From contig MU058387.1 of NCBI GenBank assembly GCA_013265495.1, positions 372,001 through 436,000 of the forward strand: 64,000 bases of DNA. Reading direction: 5' to 3'. Every line of letters begins with the position of its first letter. The stretch's first letter is position 1. This DNA comes from Vicugna vicugna. Lineage: Eukaryota. Below are positions 48,816 to 63,200 of this stretch, piece by piece. The notes beneath the pieces are model-generated. The model was not told where the DNA came from. It worked only from the letters and a program-made list of their open reading frames with translations, and did not search any database. Position numbers and translations under genes: made by a program.

Positions 48816-49485
48816 CCAACTCAAGGCGGCATCGGTGACAAAGGATGTTTATTGGGAGGGTAGGAAGGTAGCTCATAGAATCTCAGGAAGAGTGGTATCA
48901 TGGTCAAGGGGGAAGTATCAAGGTCACAACGTGAATCTGAGCAGTGACGTTAATGGACTTTCTCTGTAGGGCTGCGCCACACATCTCTGTCTCTCGGTCG
49001 TTTACAAGTTCTCAGAAGAGTCCGTCTGATTGGCGCAGCTTGGCTTGCTTGACCTCTTCTTCTCAAGCAGTGTGGCTTACTGGCTGTGAGAGTGCCACTC
49101 CTCTGTGGCCAGCAGTTCCAAGACGCTAGTGACTGGAGTGATGTCCAAAAAGGGGTCCAACCCAATTGATCTAAAGAGAAGAAAAAAATGTAATTTTATC
49201 TAAAGTTTAGACCCGAGCCTTGCTCTTCATTCTTTTTTTTTGTTTTGTTTTTTTGTTTTTTCTTTATTGGGTGCAGGGTGTCATTCAGTGCCTTGTCTGA
49301 AGGAAAAGGTTATGAAATACCCCTCAAGATACTTCAAGTCAAGGATGCCCCAGAAGAGAGTAGACTGTATTCAGAGTTCTAGTCCAGTAGTGTACCTCAG
49401 CTGGGCATGAATTCCTTGAGCAGAACACTCCCCTGAGGATGTTTCCACATCCCCTTTCACAGCTAATCTACCAAAATTAACTTCA

Positions 49486-49955
49486 TCTATTAGTCTCCTA
49501 AGGTTCCCAGAACAAATTGCCACAAACTGGGTGGCTTTAAACAGCAGAAATGTATTCCGTCACAGCTCTGGGGATGGAAATCAAGGTGTCATAGGGCCAT
49601 GTCTTCTCTGAAATCTCTAGGGCAGAATCGGTTCCATGACTCCCTTTTAAGTTCCAGTGTTGCTGGCAATCCTTGGTTTTCCTTGGCTTATAGATGAATC
49701 ACCAGGATCTTGGTCTCTGTCTTCACATGGTGGTCTTCCCTCATACTCCGTGTCTCTGTGAGTCTCCTTTTTTTTTTTTTTTTATAAGGACACTGGTCAT
49801 ATTACATTAGGGGCCCATCCTACTCCAGTGTGACCACATCTTAACTAATTACATCTGCGAAGACCCTATTTCCCAATATGATGACATTCTGAGGCTCTGA
49901 GAAGGGTGTGAATTTGGAACAGAAGACATTGAGGACATTATTTGAACCCAGTACA
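49486..49955 (-). mobile_element. MLT1C-like LTR
   Basis: ccacaaactgggtggctttaaacagcagaaat..aaatcaaggtgtc..ttataaggacactggtcatatt..aagaccctatttcc. Confidence 0.85.
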
Positions 49956-50129
49956 CCCAGTATAATAGTCTCTGGTGTCTAAAAGAACCTCAGAGTCCAT
50001 CATGTCATATTGCTGTCTTACCATTAATTCCATCATTCTCTCTTGAATATCTTTCATTAAGATTTTTCATTAATGGAGTGTTCAATTCCTTGCCAGCTCT
50101 AATTTTTAGAGAGCTACTTTTTAGGAATT

Positions 50130-50470
50130 AATTCAAATATCCATCAGTATTAGATCAATAATGTATGCAATGTTCATTTAATGGGATACTATGCAACTAT
50201 TAAAATTATGGAGACCTACGGTTATTGACATACAAAACTTTCACAATGACCTGTTGAATAAAAGACAGGTTATAAAGCAATTGGAAACAGATCAATTTTA
50301 TTTTTTTAGAGATACATGTACAAGTATATTTTAAAGAATAAAAATTGAAAAGGGTTGAAGTTATTTTTGGATGCTGAAATTAGAGGTGATTTTTTGTTTG
50401 TTTTTCAAACATTTTTATAGTATATGATTTTTATTTTTAAAATAATGATAAAGCATTTTAAAAAATGATT
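50130..50470 (+). mobile_element. Old L1 (L1ME-like) 3' fragment
   Basis: caaatatccatca..aatgggatactatgcaactattaaa. Confidence 0.5.
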
Positions 50471-53400
50471 GCAAAAATTATGTTATTCTTTATTTTGATT
50501 AGAAATGTTCTTTCCAGTGAACTCCACCGTCTTTTCCCTTCTCAGTCTGTGACTTCAGAGTATTGTGAAGTAACATCTTTATGAGACTTTAAAAATCCCC
50601 AGTAAGATGTTATTTTCAAAAAATAATACAATGTATATATTTCCTGTTGCCCCATTCCTACCTTTACTTGCCTACTATAGCAAATACAAGATCTTTCGCC
50701 TAGCAATGAAGGGAAGTCAAGGGACATGATTCTCAAGGGCCATGTTTGATAGCACTGGCTTCTTTAACCCTTTTAATAATTAAATTTCCAATTTAATAAG
50801 CAGTTTATATAATATTTTGTTTGAATTTTTGTCAGCAGTGATATTAAATATCTTTTTTTCACGTTGATTAATCACTTTAAATTCCTTCCGTGAATTACCT
50901 GTAGTCCATTTTTGCCCTTCAAAAAATAAACTGATTTATAGGAACTGTATTCTGTATAATAACACCATCTTCAATAGATATACATATTTATCTGTAGATA
51001 CACACATACATGTAAATTCGTACGGTCATTTGTTTTTGTCTGAGTGTCATCATTTAAAGTTTTCATTTTCAGATACATAAGCCTGTAAACATTTTCTTTG
51101 GAGTTTCTGTTTTGCCTCTGTTGCTCAGAAAGAATTTTCCCTTTTCCAACATTACAGATAGTGTTCTTATGTTGTCTTCCTGTAAATATATCTTTGTTTT
51201 AAAGACCCAGTGAATCAGGTAAGAAGCTTACAGCAATCTGCGCAAAGCCCCTCAGTCTTGCTGGTTCCCTTTTCAAGTCTTTAGGGTTTGTTGTTTCATC
51301 GTATCACAGGCAGGGAGTGGACAGTGGGCAGCTGAGATTCGAAGACCAGCCATCTAATACTAGCCAATCACGAGGAACTCATGAAAGACGCTGAGAGATC
51401 CTGTCTGTCAAATATTTTTGGTCACTTTCACAATTTCCCAGTTGTTCATTCTGGCTAGAATCCACCTTCAATAAGATAGAATATTGAGAACATCTCTGAT
51501 CAGCTATGTCATTAGGGAGAGTGTGTTCATTAGCACATTCATATGAAGTCCATATGAAAGAATCTGTATTAAATATTGTCACCTGCAGTAGACAAGGGGC
51601 ATTAAAATCACCATCATATGTGATAACAGATAACTTTTTCTGAGTGACGGCTAAAACCTTTAACAGACTTATTTCAATTAATGCTTAGAGCAGTCTATAA
51701 GGAAGGAATTCTTAAATTATTACTTCCTTTTTCCACACACAGACATGCAATTGTGGCATACAGAGTTCAGTTTTTCCACAATCCAATAGCTGGTAAACAG
51801 CAGAGTCAGAGTCAAATACACATCGTCTAAAGGAGAAAGCAAGTTATACTTATTTTAGGTGATATACATGTAAACGATGGTAACAAAGTCCAGACTACAC
51901 CATCAATAATGGAGAAATGGTGTTTCTATTGCCTTTTATGAACACAGTTGACCCATTAGTGAGCATACAGAGTTCACACTTCCCTACTGAGACTCAGATG
52001 GTTAGAAGGTTACAGGAAATTACCTTCTACAGTACAAACTAGGGAAGGAATTAGCATTTCAAAGCTGCTGTGTGTCTGAGAGGGAAATCTCTAGGACAGA
52101 TCTGCACCTCACCGCATGAGCTGCTGATTGACAGTCAGGGAAATAAACAAGCATGGTGGTCCTCAGGGGCTTCTCACATTATCCCAGGGAAATCACTCCC
52201 CCATTCTGTTTCTACAACCTTGTCGCTCCGTTCTGTCAGCTCCCGATCCAAGCTTCCCCATGTTCACGAAGCCTTAACACACCTAAGTTGGATCTTGTTG
52301 GACCATTTGTCCAAAAACAGCAGTGAGAACTGTTTTATAATTTTGATTATTTATATGTAATATTTGCCTAACTCTTGCTTTATAAAGCACTTACCCATAC
52401 ATCTCTTCATATGAGTTCTGAAGATAATTCTAGAACCATACAGATAGGAAAATGATACTTTTCATTTTATTGGTGAGAAATATTACATAAAAAGTCCTTT
52501 GACAATGTGAAGGCAACACCCTCCTCCAGCCCTGACTCATAATGCGAGAATCTTGTCAGCAATGGCCCAGGATGAGTTTGTGAAATCCCTTTGCCTTTGA
52601 CTGTGTTCCCAAAACATTTCCCCTCAGAGCCTCTAACTCTAAATTCTGATCATTTTTTCATTAAAACACAGCCAGTTGAACACACAGTACACACACACCA
52701 CACACACACAGGAGTCTCTTGAAATGTGTAGTTTTACACATGTGATTATTTAAACATCCTCAATGGGATAACTCCAGGAAATACACTTTCTCTCCACTCT
52801 CTTAATTTAAGCGTAATTTGATAGTACTCAGCAAACAGTGTCCATTACAAACACGGGAAGTTGCAAAGACATCTTGGTCAGTACAGTTAAGTGAGAATGT
52901 TGGCAAGCCAACTACTCTGAAGCGAAATTCTCATTTGAATGCATAGTCCTGGTTATTTTGCTTTTAAAAAAAGTTTAGTCCTGTGTGGTTTCACCCCAAT
53001 AGGCAGCCTATCTGATTAATGAGCAGACGTGGCAATGTCGGTGGGTCTACGCAGAAAAATGGCGAGATACGCCACTTGGGAACATTAGTTCTGTGCCCTC
53101 TGGTCCTGGAACTCCAACAGCTATTTCTAAGGATAAGGGTTCCCATCTGAGGCCCGCAAGGCTTTCTAAGGGACAGCACATCTGCGTAAACAGTGCCTGT
53201 TCCCCTTCAGAGTCCCTGCCTAGAGGTCCCATCAGTTTAGCTGGTTTTCCTTTGATGTGCTGCTCACTTCGGCTGCTCCCTAACCACATCCCTTGTTTAG
53301 AGCTCACCCCGTCTCAAGAGGAGAGGCCGTTTGGCAAGCGTAGAGATTGCTTTGTGGCAGAGTAATTCAAACACTCACACAAACTCTGGTCTTTTTCCCC

Positions 53401-53759
53401 TTCTTGCCCTTAATAAGAAACGTTATCCAAACTTTTTCTTAATTAGAATAGATCTAGATTCTTAAGTAGAAGATAGCTAATTGTGATTTAAAAAATTTTT
53501 TAAACTGTCACTCTTTTTGTCTTAACATGTAGTTTGGCTCTAGCTTGTTTTTATCCTACTAGTGACCAAACTTGCAAAGACAAAATGCAATGACCATGAG
53601 GTTTTGGTATAGGAGTCTACACATACATACATGATTGTTTTAGGTCACTGGTCTCTTAAATTCAAATGCTATTTAAATACCCTGCATTCATACTCTGCTT
53701 CCTTCATAATGACTGCTTTTGATATCTTATTTTACAACCAGTTGTTTTGTGTATCCTTT

Positions 53760-53781
53760 TGGTAGTAACTTGTAATGAAAA

Positions 53782-53815
<34 letters not shown>

Positions 53816-53920
53816 TATATATATAAAAATATAACTGAATCACTATGCTGTATACCAGAAACTAATACAACATTGTAAATCAACTATACTTCAATTTTAA
53901 AAATGGGAGAAAAAAAAAGA
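53760..53920 (+). mobile_element. L1 3' end containing (TG)n (about 53785-53813)
   Basis: ataactgaatcactatgctgtataccagaaactaatacaacattgtaaatcaactatacttcaat. Confidence 0.85.
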
Positions 53921-56900
53921 AATGCAGTTCATATGGCTAGAAAGTTTCCATTAGATATATACCTGCTGCTGTGAATACAAGACTTAATATACATTCTGTG
54001 CAAAACCAGGATAAGGTGAATTAGACAACAAGTTGATTCTCTTCACTCTCCAGGAGAGTGCCAATGATAATATTTCTGGAGTGCAGGGAGAAATGAAGAA
54101 ATAAACATGCTTCTGGAAATTTCTTTCCCAGCCCCGAGCAACCTAAAAACAATACATTTGGTTAAAGCATAACATCTATGCCTAGGAGTCAGCAATCTTT
54201 ACAGATGAAATCTTCACAGACACCTGAGTTAGATTTGGACCAGAGTAATGTAGAGCTAGTCTTTGTATATTTTTTTCCTTCTTTTTTTCCCTATAAGGAT
54301 GAATCAATCTTTTATTTTTTTCTTAAGCTATGGCTAAAATGTGCTGAATACACTACATTGTCATTTATCACCAGGGTTTTAAGAGATTGCTGTTTAATTT
54401 ATGGTTAAAGTATCCCCAGGGCATTGTTCACCCACACAATGAGGAAACCTGGGATAGGATGTGATGTCAATGAACAAAGAAAGCTTTTACAGGCCAATTT
54501 CTCTGGCTTTATCTTCCTACATACATCTATATCCATATCTATATTTACACCTGCACTTATCAAGGAATAAAGTCAAGTAACACTCTATCATGTGGTAATA
54601 GCATACTTTACGAATGTGACAGTGCATTACAGCAAGTGTAATCTGCACAGGTAGATATATATTTCCCCCGCAGTTATGTCCTTTCTTTCAAAGAACTTCA
54701 CATTTCACTTTAAGAAATGGCACATTAACCTGTTTATCTTGAGACTCCTTTCTGTTTTGCTGGTGCAATTTCCTGGTGTTGAACACTGGCTCTGAGCAAC
54801 AAGAATGTGTCTTCAATGTCCATTTCTTGGTACTTGCTACTCGCTTGAAGGCGTTTGTCTGGGTGATCCTGAAAAATTACATTAACTTTCTCTGGTATCG
54901 TCAGATTTTTCCAAGCGAATTTTGTGTTACTTGATTCTGCTTTCCTTTCAGAGTACAAAGTGTTTCATCAGCTTTCAGTAATTTTTTCAATGAAATTTAT
55001 GGGTTGAAGAAAATGAGTCACCCAGTGGGTGCTATGCAAGTAGCTTCCTGTGAATTCTTATGGCCAATTATTTCCAATGTACCAGTAGATCATAAATCTC
55101 AAAGGCCATAAAAATATTCTTTCTCAAGGTAGTCTCTGGTCTGTAAATTCCAAGGAGCATGGCCTTCACCTCAAATTCTAAAAGTCATTTTTTTTCCTTC
55201 TTTAATTTTTTTATTATAAATGATTTCTTAGTGTCTGAGAATTGTGTTACTGAGGGACAGTGGCAAATCTTGAAATTTTCAGTGTTTCTGCAAAACGTAG
55301 ACATTATGAGGAGTGAGCTCTATCCAAGCTTTGTTTTCTAAATATCTTTAGGCCTTCTCGGTGACAGAACTTCAGTTACAGTCAAGGGAGAAATAATTTT
55401 TGGGGTAAAAAAAAAAAATAAAGAGTGGAGAAAGAAGGAGAAAAAAAGAAAAAATTCTATCCTCCTTGCAATGTTATACAAATAATCAAGGTTTATCAAA
55501 ACAGTTACACGTTCCTTGAAAAAGTATGTATTTTTTAATTTAAAATTTTCTGAAATAAGAACACACCTTAAATCAATGTGCATTTTCAATGTAGCAGTGT
55601 TTCTTTTTTTTCTGACAGACTTATTGACAAGGAGGTAGCTAAAAGACAACGTCCACATACAGAGGAAGCCAGTGTTCTTCCAGTTCCACTTTATCCCTAG
55701 ACCTGACCACCAACTGAGGTAAATAGAATGTTAACACATGTCTTGTGAGCCTGGAAAGCCAAGTTCAATATTTATACTAGTGCATGACATTGAACTAGGA
55801 ATCTCATAATCTAGAAAGGAAACATTTAACAAGGTAGTAAAGGTGATAAACTTCACCCCGGGAGGTCGAGGTGAGGGAATGGATCTCTGGTTGGGACACA
55901 ACACCAGAAGAGGTGCAACCCTGGTAAGGAAACCCCTCCCTGAGAAGGAGGCTGAATATAACATCTCTTATTCTGGAAAGTTCTTTGTTATATACACATA
56001 ATTGACAGAGATCGTTCTCATTGTCATTTCCAGTTGATGTTTTTTTCACAAGGGAATTGAAGTCAGATCATTAAAGTAACAGAATAGCTCAAAAGAGTGC
56101 TCCAACCGCGAACCAAAGGATTTCGGGCTCTCTTTCAAGAGTGAAGTGCATGTCTCAAAATTCCAAGTGTCTGAGATAATGTACAGTAGCAACCACAAAG
56201 AAATCACCATTGGGTGAGTGAAGACACTGGGTGGAACAGAAGCTAAGTCTCCGCTGAAATGTGCAGTTGAGAAAACTCTATCAAAGATTTTACATATTGA
56301 GTTACCTTATTGACTGATTCAGAAGCCCTACTTCCCAGTCCGATAAAACTTTCAAAGGCATTTTGAGGGGAAATTTTCATTCTCAGGGCGACTTGCAGAC
56401 ATGAAATAACCCAAAGGCAGCAATTATTCTTCTATCCTTATTTACTTCATTTCCACTTAACCAGTTAGAGTGTTGGCAATTAATTGTCAGTTTTCTGATG
56501 AGGCTTATTTAAGGGTTTGCTTTTTCAGCCATCATTTACAAATAGATAACTCTGGGGTAGTTAGTGTGCAATGTGGTTCTAAAACTTAGCAACAGTGGAG
56601 GACATTTATGATCATTTTAATATGCAACATTAAAAATAATTTCCCTCCAAGAAAAGGATATAGAAAATATCAAGAGAGGTTGTAGACTTGCTGTTTAAAA
56701 GCAAGAAAGCAAAACAGTACGAGGGTATAGTGCCTCTTTATTCATTTAAGTTTTTGTTTGTTTGTTTTGCTTTATATTTTGGTAATAGACGGGGAGGGGT
56801 AGTCAGGTGGTAGTTTAAATCCTGGGATTCTGAGTATGAATGTTTGGACCACTTCACCGGTCTTGTATCTTTTCCATTGTTGAGTACAAGAACCAGTTGC

Positions 56901-57734
56901 TAATTCTCTCTAGACTTCAGGTGGATGATTCATGATAATAATACTTGTAAAAAGGAAAGGAAAGAAGAAAGAAAAACAAGCTGGAAAGCTAGCTTGGCCC
57001 TCACATCTGGCCCTATGGAGCTGTTCTGTTCTGAACGGCTGCCAGTTGAGAATCAATCTGGAATCCCACTGGCTAAATTATGAACTGCCAGAGGCAGGGC
57101 TGCTCTACCCATGGTGCACAAAAATGGGTTACATCCTGGTGAACAGCACTCCTTAAAGCAAAAGTGAGGTAGAAGAATTCTGGACCAACTGGAGAGGGCA
57201 TTACTCACATTCACACATACCATCCCGAGACTGTGTGTAAATCACCACCTGATATATCATGTACAATGACAGTAGCCACGTAACAGAAAGAACAAAAGAG
57301 TAGAAGTTTGGCCACTGTAAGATGCATGCCCATCTGCTGCCTAAGTGCACATTCTAGAATGTTATTGTGGGTTAAACATATGGCAACTCCTAAATGGGAA
57401 ATGAATGAATGTGTACAAAGGAAATGGAGGACCAGTTTCTCAACTATGGCAAACGCTGGCTGAAGCACAGGGAGCCCTCCCCTCAAAGCAACTTTGTACT
57501 AAAAAAAATAAACTTCCTAAAAAAAATAAACTAATTAAAAAAAATGTGAGAAAGAAAGATCTTTTCAAGTTAATCATGGACTCAGTGGCAGCTGTGAATA
57601 TGAATTACACTGATTACCTTTGCAATGGCATTGATCTCATCCAACTCTTGGACTCATAAAACGAGGCTGGACTAGTATTCGTGTGTGTTGAAGAATTCGG
57701 ATCCTTCCCATGTGGCCTCCAAACAAAACCAAAC

Positions 57735-58275
57735 CATTACTGAGCGCCTACACTGAACAGGCATTATTCCAAGCTCTCAGAGAAATAGTGACTCTGTTAA
57801 CAGTGCTGTTCCTGTAACACTTATATTTAAGTAGGAGGAAATTGAAAATAAGCAAAATAATTCCTCTGTAGTGTGTGAGAAAGTATTAAGCATCAGGAAA
57901 TAAGACAGAAACAAGAAGTCTGGACTAGATACATCAGAGTATCTTTAGCCCTGAAGTGGGGCAATATCACCAAGATGTCAGAGAAGCCATGGAAAGTAGA
58001 CAGAAAAGGGATTTGAAGGAAAAAAAAAAACTTGGGAATTTTTAAAATGGAAGATGAAAAAGAGATGAGGAGGATCCAGCAAAAAGAAACTGAGAATGAA
58101 TAAAATAAGATGGAAACAGTAGACTATGGTGTCCTGAAAATCGGGTGAAAGAGTTTCGAGGTGGAGGCAACACCCATCTAGGTCATAAGTCACGGAGGGG
58201 TCAAACACAATGAGCACAGAGGTCAGGAGGAGACAAACACGGTGCAATTATATTCAGTACCACTGTGGTCACTCC
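57735..58275 (-). mobile_element. L2 LINE fragments
   Basis: ttactgagcgcctac..aggcatt; gagaagccatggaa; tatggtgtcctgaaaatc..gaaagagtttcgagg. Confidence 0.6.
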
Positions 58276-59739
58276 ATGACCCCAGGACAGAAAGATGAAA
58301 ATATGAAACAGAATGTGAAGCCAGAGCAAGTTTTGGCTGGATTTTGCCCAAGAATGCACATTCTTATGGTAAACTGTCTTGCATTTCTGTCAACATGTGA
58401 GCTGATTTATCTTGTCTCTTGCCTCTCCCTGAAATGTCATTTGCCTCTAGAATAACTCCTTTGAGGGACTGTACCCTGCTATTTCCCTTCTGTCTACTTG
58501 CTTAACTGTCTTCCTGGCCCAGCACTCAGGCCACTGTGAGCAGGACTATGGGGCCCTCATGTTTGTTTACGCCAAACCTATCATGGTGCCTTGGACAAAA
58601 TAAGGCCTCCTGGGATTTATTATTGGAAAAGGGGAAGAGGGGAGAAAGGTGGTGGGAGGAAGGAGTGAAATGAGAGAGACAGAGGGAGAGCACGCGACCA
58701 GAGGTAGGGAGGGTGGGAAGGAACAAAAATAGTTTTGTCCACTAAAATTGGCATTCGGCCAGCTTACACAGCATTGAGACATCTGGAGAATTCTTCAGAG
58801 AAACCAGGGATGACACTTAGAGCAACACACATACTGAAAAACTGTCCAAATTCCCAGCAAATAGCCATTTGTTATCTACTTTATAAGAGTTTCCCTGTTA
58901 GCACTAGAATGAATCAAGGGTCAGTCCAGGGGGTCCTTTCAAACTCCCCTCAGCACTTGGAAGAGGGAGTGTTTAATCTCAAATATGTAAGTTTCCCTGG
59001 CAACAATGCTTTGATGTCATGCTAAACTCTTTTCATTGTTTTTATTCTCAAAACAAAGTCAAGGTCTTCTCCTGAGAGGCGTTATGAAGTTGGGAGCTTT
59101 AACTTCGGTGACTGAAGCTGAGTAAGGATAAGAGTAATTAACGATGCTCGAGAAGGAATAAAAGCAAAATTCTGCTGAATACGTCTGCCAAGTCAACTTT
59201 CTCAAAGGACTCAATAAACAATCCCTCTTGTGTCTCATCGCCCCCAAACACTCTCCACTTTCTTACTAAATGTCTGAAGGAAGAGTTTCTCCATAAAACC
59301 CCATAAACCACTTGCCCCCTTTTTTTTTCTTGTAGAAATTTAACAAGTATCTATACTCCTGGCCAAGGGGAGGCACTATAATAATTATCCTCACCCCACA
59401 TCTGGAAATGTCTCCTTCAAAGCACTGATAACAACATTCACACGTCTTCTACCTAAAACGAGTTTACGTGCCAGTTCCTAAGCGATGGGCATGATTGTCT
59501 AGAGAAATGGGAATAAAATACAAATGAGACCCCTACCTTTCTTACACCTTCTCAGTCCTCATTTAGAACATCTACTGAGCATTCACTTAACTTAGCCCTG
59601 TATGCTTAGCCTCTTTCTATGCAAAGGGAATAAAAAGTAGTCCAAACTTTGCACAAGATGATATAGATCTAAATATTCACATACGGTTTGTGAGTTGATT
59701 ATCACCATCAATTTCATAATTAACATCATCATCCCAATA

Positions 59740-59910
59740 AGTCGTATTTGTTGATCACACACTTTGTGTTGGGCAGCACATGATGGATATTAATTCATTT
59801 TAACTTTCCCAACATCCGCAGTTTATAAAATGAGAAAACTGAAGCTTTCGGGAGTTGGGAAATCACCTAACCTGAAAAAGTGGAGCTGAAATTCAAACCC
59901 AGGCATTGCA
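59740..59910 (-). mobile_element. MIR SINE
   Basis: aattcattttaa..aaatgagaaaactgaagct..gtggagctgaaattcaaacccagg. Confidence 0.65.
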
Positions 59911-59944
59911 ACATTCTCATTCACAGCTCCACATTTCTTTCCAA

Positions 59945-60210
59945 GGTAAAAACTTGGATTGTGAAGTCAAACAGACCGAGTTTTTGATCCTGCCTCTACC
60001 ATTTATTAATTTATTAAATTTTGAACCCTGGACAGGAAAAAAAATATAGACTCTAATCCTAATTTTTTGTTTGTTTGTTTGTAAAATGAGAATTAAAAAG
60101 ATAATCAACCGTTGGGTTGTTTTGAGGCGTAAGTAAAAATTGTTCTGCAAAGGACATCCCATAGTGCCTGACACACGGGGGTCCTGAGTAAATTATAACT
60201 ATTGTTATCA
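59945..60210 (+). mobile_element. MIR SINE
   Basis: gaagtcaaacagacc..atcctgcctctaccatttatta..tgtaaaatgaga..gggttgttttgagg..atagtgcctgacac. Confidence 0.7.
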
Positions 60211-63200
60211 TGATTACTGATGGTCTGATAACTCCTGACTGTCAAAGTGAGCTTTGTAAATGATCTCTGCTTTTTTCAAAACATGAGTCAGTCCTTCCAT
60301 AATTTCAGCGCTGAATTTGAAGTCGTTAGATTTCATTCCCACCCCCCCACCCAATCTATTTTCATCTACTTGTTCCAAACCTGGCATGTAATGCATTTAT
60401 TTCATGAAGCCCTTCCTTCAGCATTAAAGTGACTAATTCCAACTACTTTAAATTTCAACTGGTTGACACATTGATTTATAATTGTTCCTGTACAATTCCT
60501 CTGTCTAAAAGTATTTTCAACAAATAAATGTTACCAAGTCTCCCTTAGAAAAGTCACATCTGGATTTTCTTAAATTGGCAAAGAGGGAAGACTCCCCAGG
60601 TGAACAAGGGCTAGATTATATTATATATGCCTTGGGATAGAAATTGTAGGACAAAATACATGAGAGTAACATATAGCTTATTCTCAAAAGGGCTTACAAT
60701 CTATAATAAGGAATTCAATAAAAATAATCCATATTCTACTAAAAGGCAAGTGTTACGGGAGATCTAAAAGGGGAAAACTTTTGGTCAGCAAGATGAGCCA
60801 CTCTGGAGCAGAAAGTGCCTGGATTGTAAAGTCTTATGGGTCTGTCGTCCTTCTGACGGAGATATTATTCATGATATAATCTGATCTAGACTAAGTCCCT
60901 GAACCTCTCTGAACCTACAACTTTGCATCTGAAAGATGGAAAGAGTGAGACTTTCCTTTAAGATGATGTGCTGATAAAATAAGGTCAAATGAGAAGCTAG
61001 ATTGGAAAACACTCTGCCCACTTGGTGCAACGAGCCCTGCCCAGCTTCTTCCTTTCTTCCCCCTCCAGTTAACAGAACAAAATACCCACAGTTGACCCAA
61101 TAAATACTTCAATGGGCAGATTATTGGACTTATTAAGAACTCACTCCTCTGGATTTTCTGAACTCTCAGACTTGAAAGGAACACGCAGATATTGCCTAGA
61201 TCAATTACGGTCTGCTATCCTGCCCTTAACACTTTTGGATGCTCACTCAAAAAGGCAACCAGATGAAAATTTCATTCATACCGTCTGCAAAATCCCTGTT
61301 GAAGGAAATGTCTATTCTGTCTCTCAAAGTGCTTTAAATTAATGCCCATCTATAAATGGTGCCTAGAATTCGAAGCCAAGAAAGTGCTTACTCTAAAGAG
61401 CGAAAATACTCCTCTTTATCTGACATGTAAAGAAATGACTTGAATGGCGATAGAACCTAAGGTGGGGGGCACCGATGGGCTGTACCCCCCAAGCTCATCC
61501 TTGGCATCTACGTCTCTCCGTTACAAAGCCAGCCCTCCAGAAACAATCCTAATGACGGTTCCTGATGTGCGAAACGTTAGTCTTACCAACATCTTGCAAA
61601 GACTAAAAAAGAGCATCTTTATAAATCTCATTCAGCATCTTGATCTATAACCAATAATTGAAGTAAAACAGTCTGCTTTCCAGGCAAATACAATTTTAAG
61701 ACAGTTCTAGCCTCCCCCCAAACCTCCCAACCCTTTGTTCCAAAACTGAGGAAATTTTAGTGTCACACATGGATATAAACCGTCATGTTTCTACTTCTTA
61801 CTCCTCTATTAGGAAGTTTACAAGGATTTTTTTTTCCCCAACCATTGAAAAGATTTTTTCCCCCTATTTAAGTCAGAATCAAATTGCACAGAATCCCGCG
61901 AATCTCTGAACTCCCTCTCTCAAAGCAACAATCAAGTTCGTCTTTGATGGAGAAAATCTCAGAAGACTGTTCTCTTTCTTTTTCCTTCCTGCCCCAGTGT
62001 AGAATGTTAAGACTTTCAGGTATCACTCCCATAAATAAAAGTAAGTGTAATTTAATGCTCAACTTAAGTAACCAACTTGTCTCAGCTTCCTGTTACAATT
62101 ACTCATTTATTTTTAAGTCTCCTAGACTAAATAAATGAGTCCTTATGATAAGCCAGCTCGAGTCTTTCTTTTTTGTCAAGTGGAATTAAATTAAAATACA
62201 TAAAAGGAGGATACTGTAAAAGACTCATAGAAGTTTAGAGTTGGAGAAAATGTTAGAAGTCATCTAATATAATCTTCAACTTGATTTACGGGTCCATTCT
62301 AAAAACTCTTAAGTTGGTTAAGGGTAAAGGTCCCACCATTTATTTTATTTTGTGTGTCCCCACAGTGCATGAAGTTCACCAATCCACACACAATGGCTCT
62401 CAATAAATATTTCTGACAATTGTTGAAACATATTATATATAACCTTGTTGGGCCCAACCTGTCAGTACCTATTGGTGAATATAAATTATTTCCTGTGCTG
62501 AGTATCCAACTTTGTAAACCTTAAATACTGCATGTTGGTGCTCAAACTAAGAGTGGAAACTCCTCAGAATTTACTAGATCACGGAGGGCGTAACTCAAGA
62601 ACAGTAATGTTACTTTAATGTAGCAGTCTGGGCGTTAATATGACATATTTCTGCTATTAAATTTTAAGAGGTTTTAGGAGAAAAGGTTTTAGCACTGGGT
62701 AGAAGACATTTTACAACATCTGGGTTGGCATTTCAAGAAATAGTCCCCAGAAAGTCCTGCAGTCCACTCGTGAAAAATGGGAGAAAAACGTCTGGTTTTC
62801 CTGTGACCTCTATTAAACGAGGAGTTTCATGTAAGACTCAACTTACCTGTTTATGAGTCAACTTTCTAAATCGCAAAATGCAGAGAAGAATGTAAAAGAA
62901 AATGAGGTAAGCGGAATGGGGTTTCAAGAAATAAAAATGAAAATATTGGATTCAAGAAGAGCTTTTCATGACAAATTAACAGAAATAAGATACTTACTCG
63001 AGTCCACGTACAGTACTCCCTGTCTGGACGCAACACAGCCCACAACAAACAGAATAATCTCCACAAAGCCCTAAAACACAGAAACAGCCCCCCCCCAGCC
63101 TTCAAGGGTGGTGAACTGGGATATTCTCACTTAAAGACATGAGAGGTGGTCGGTTATCACACTAATCAGAACTTCAGTACCATGTATAAGACCTTAGCTC

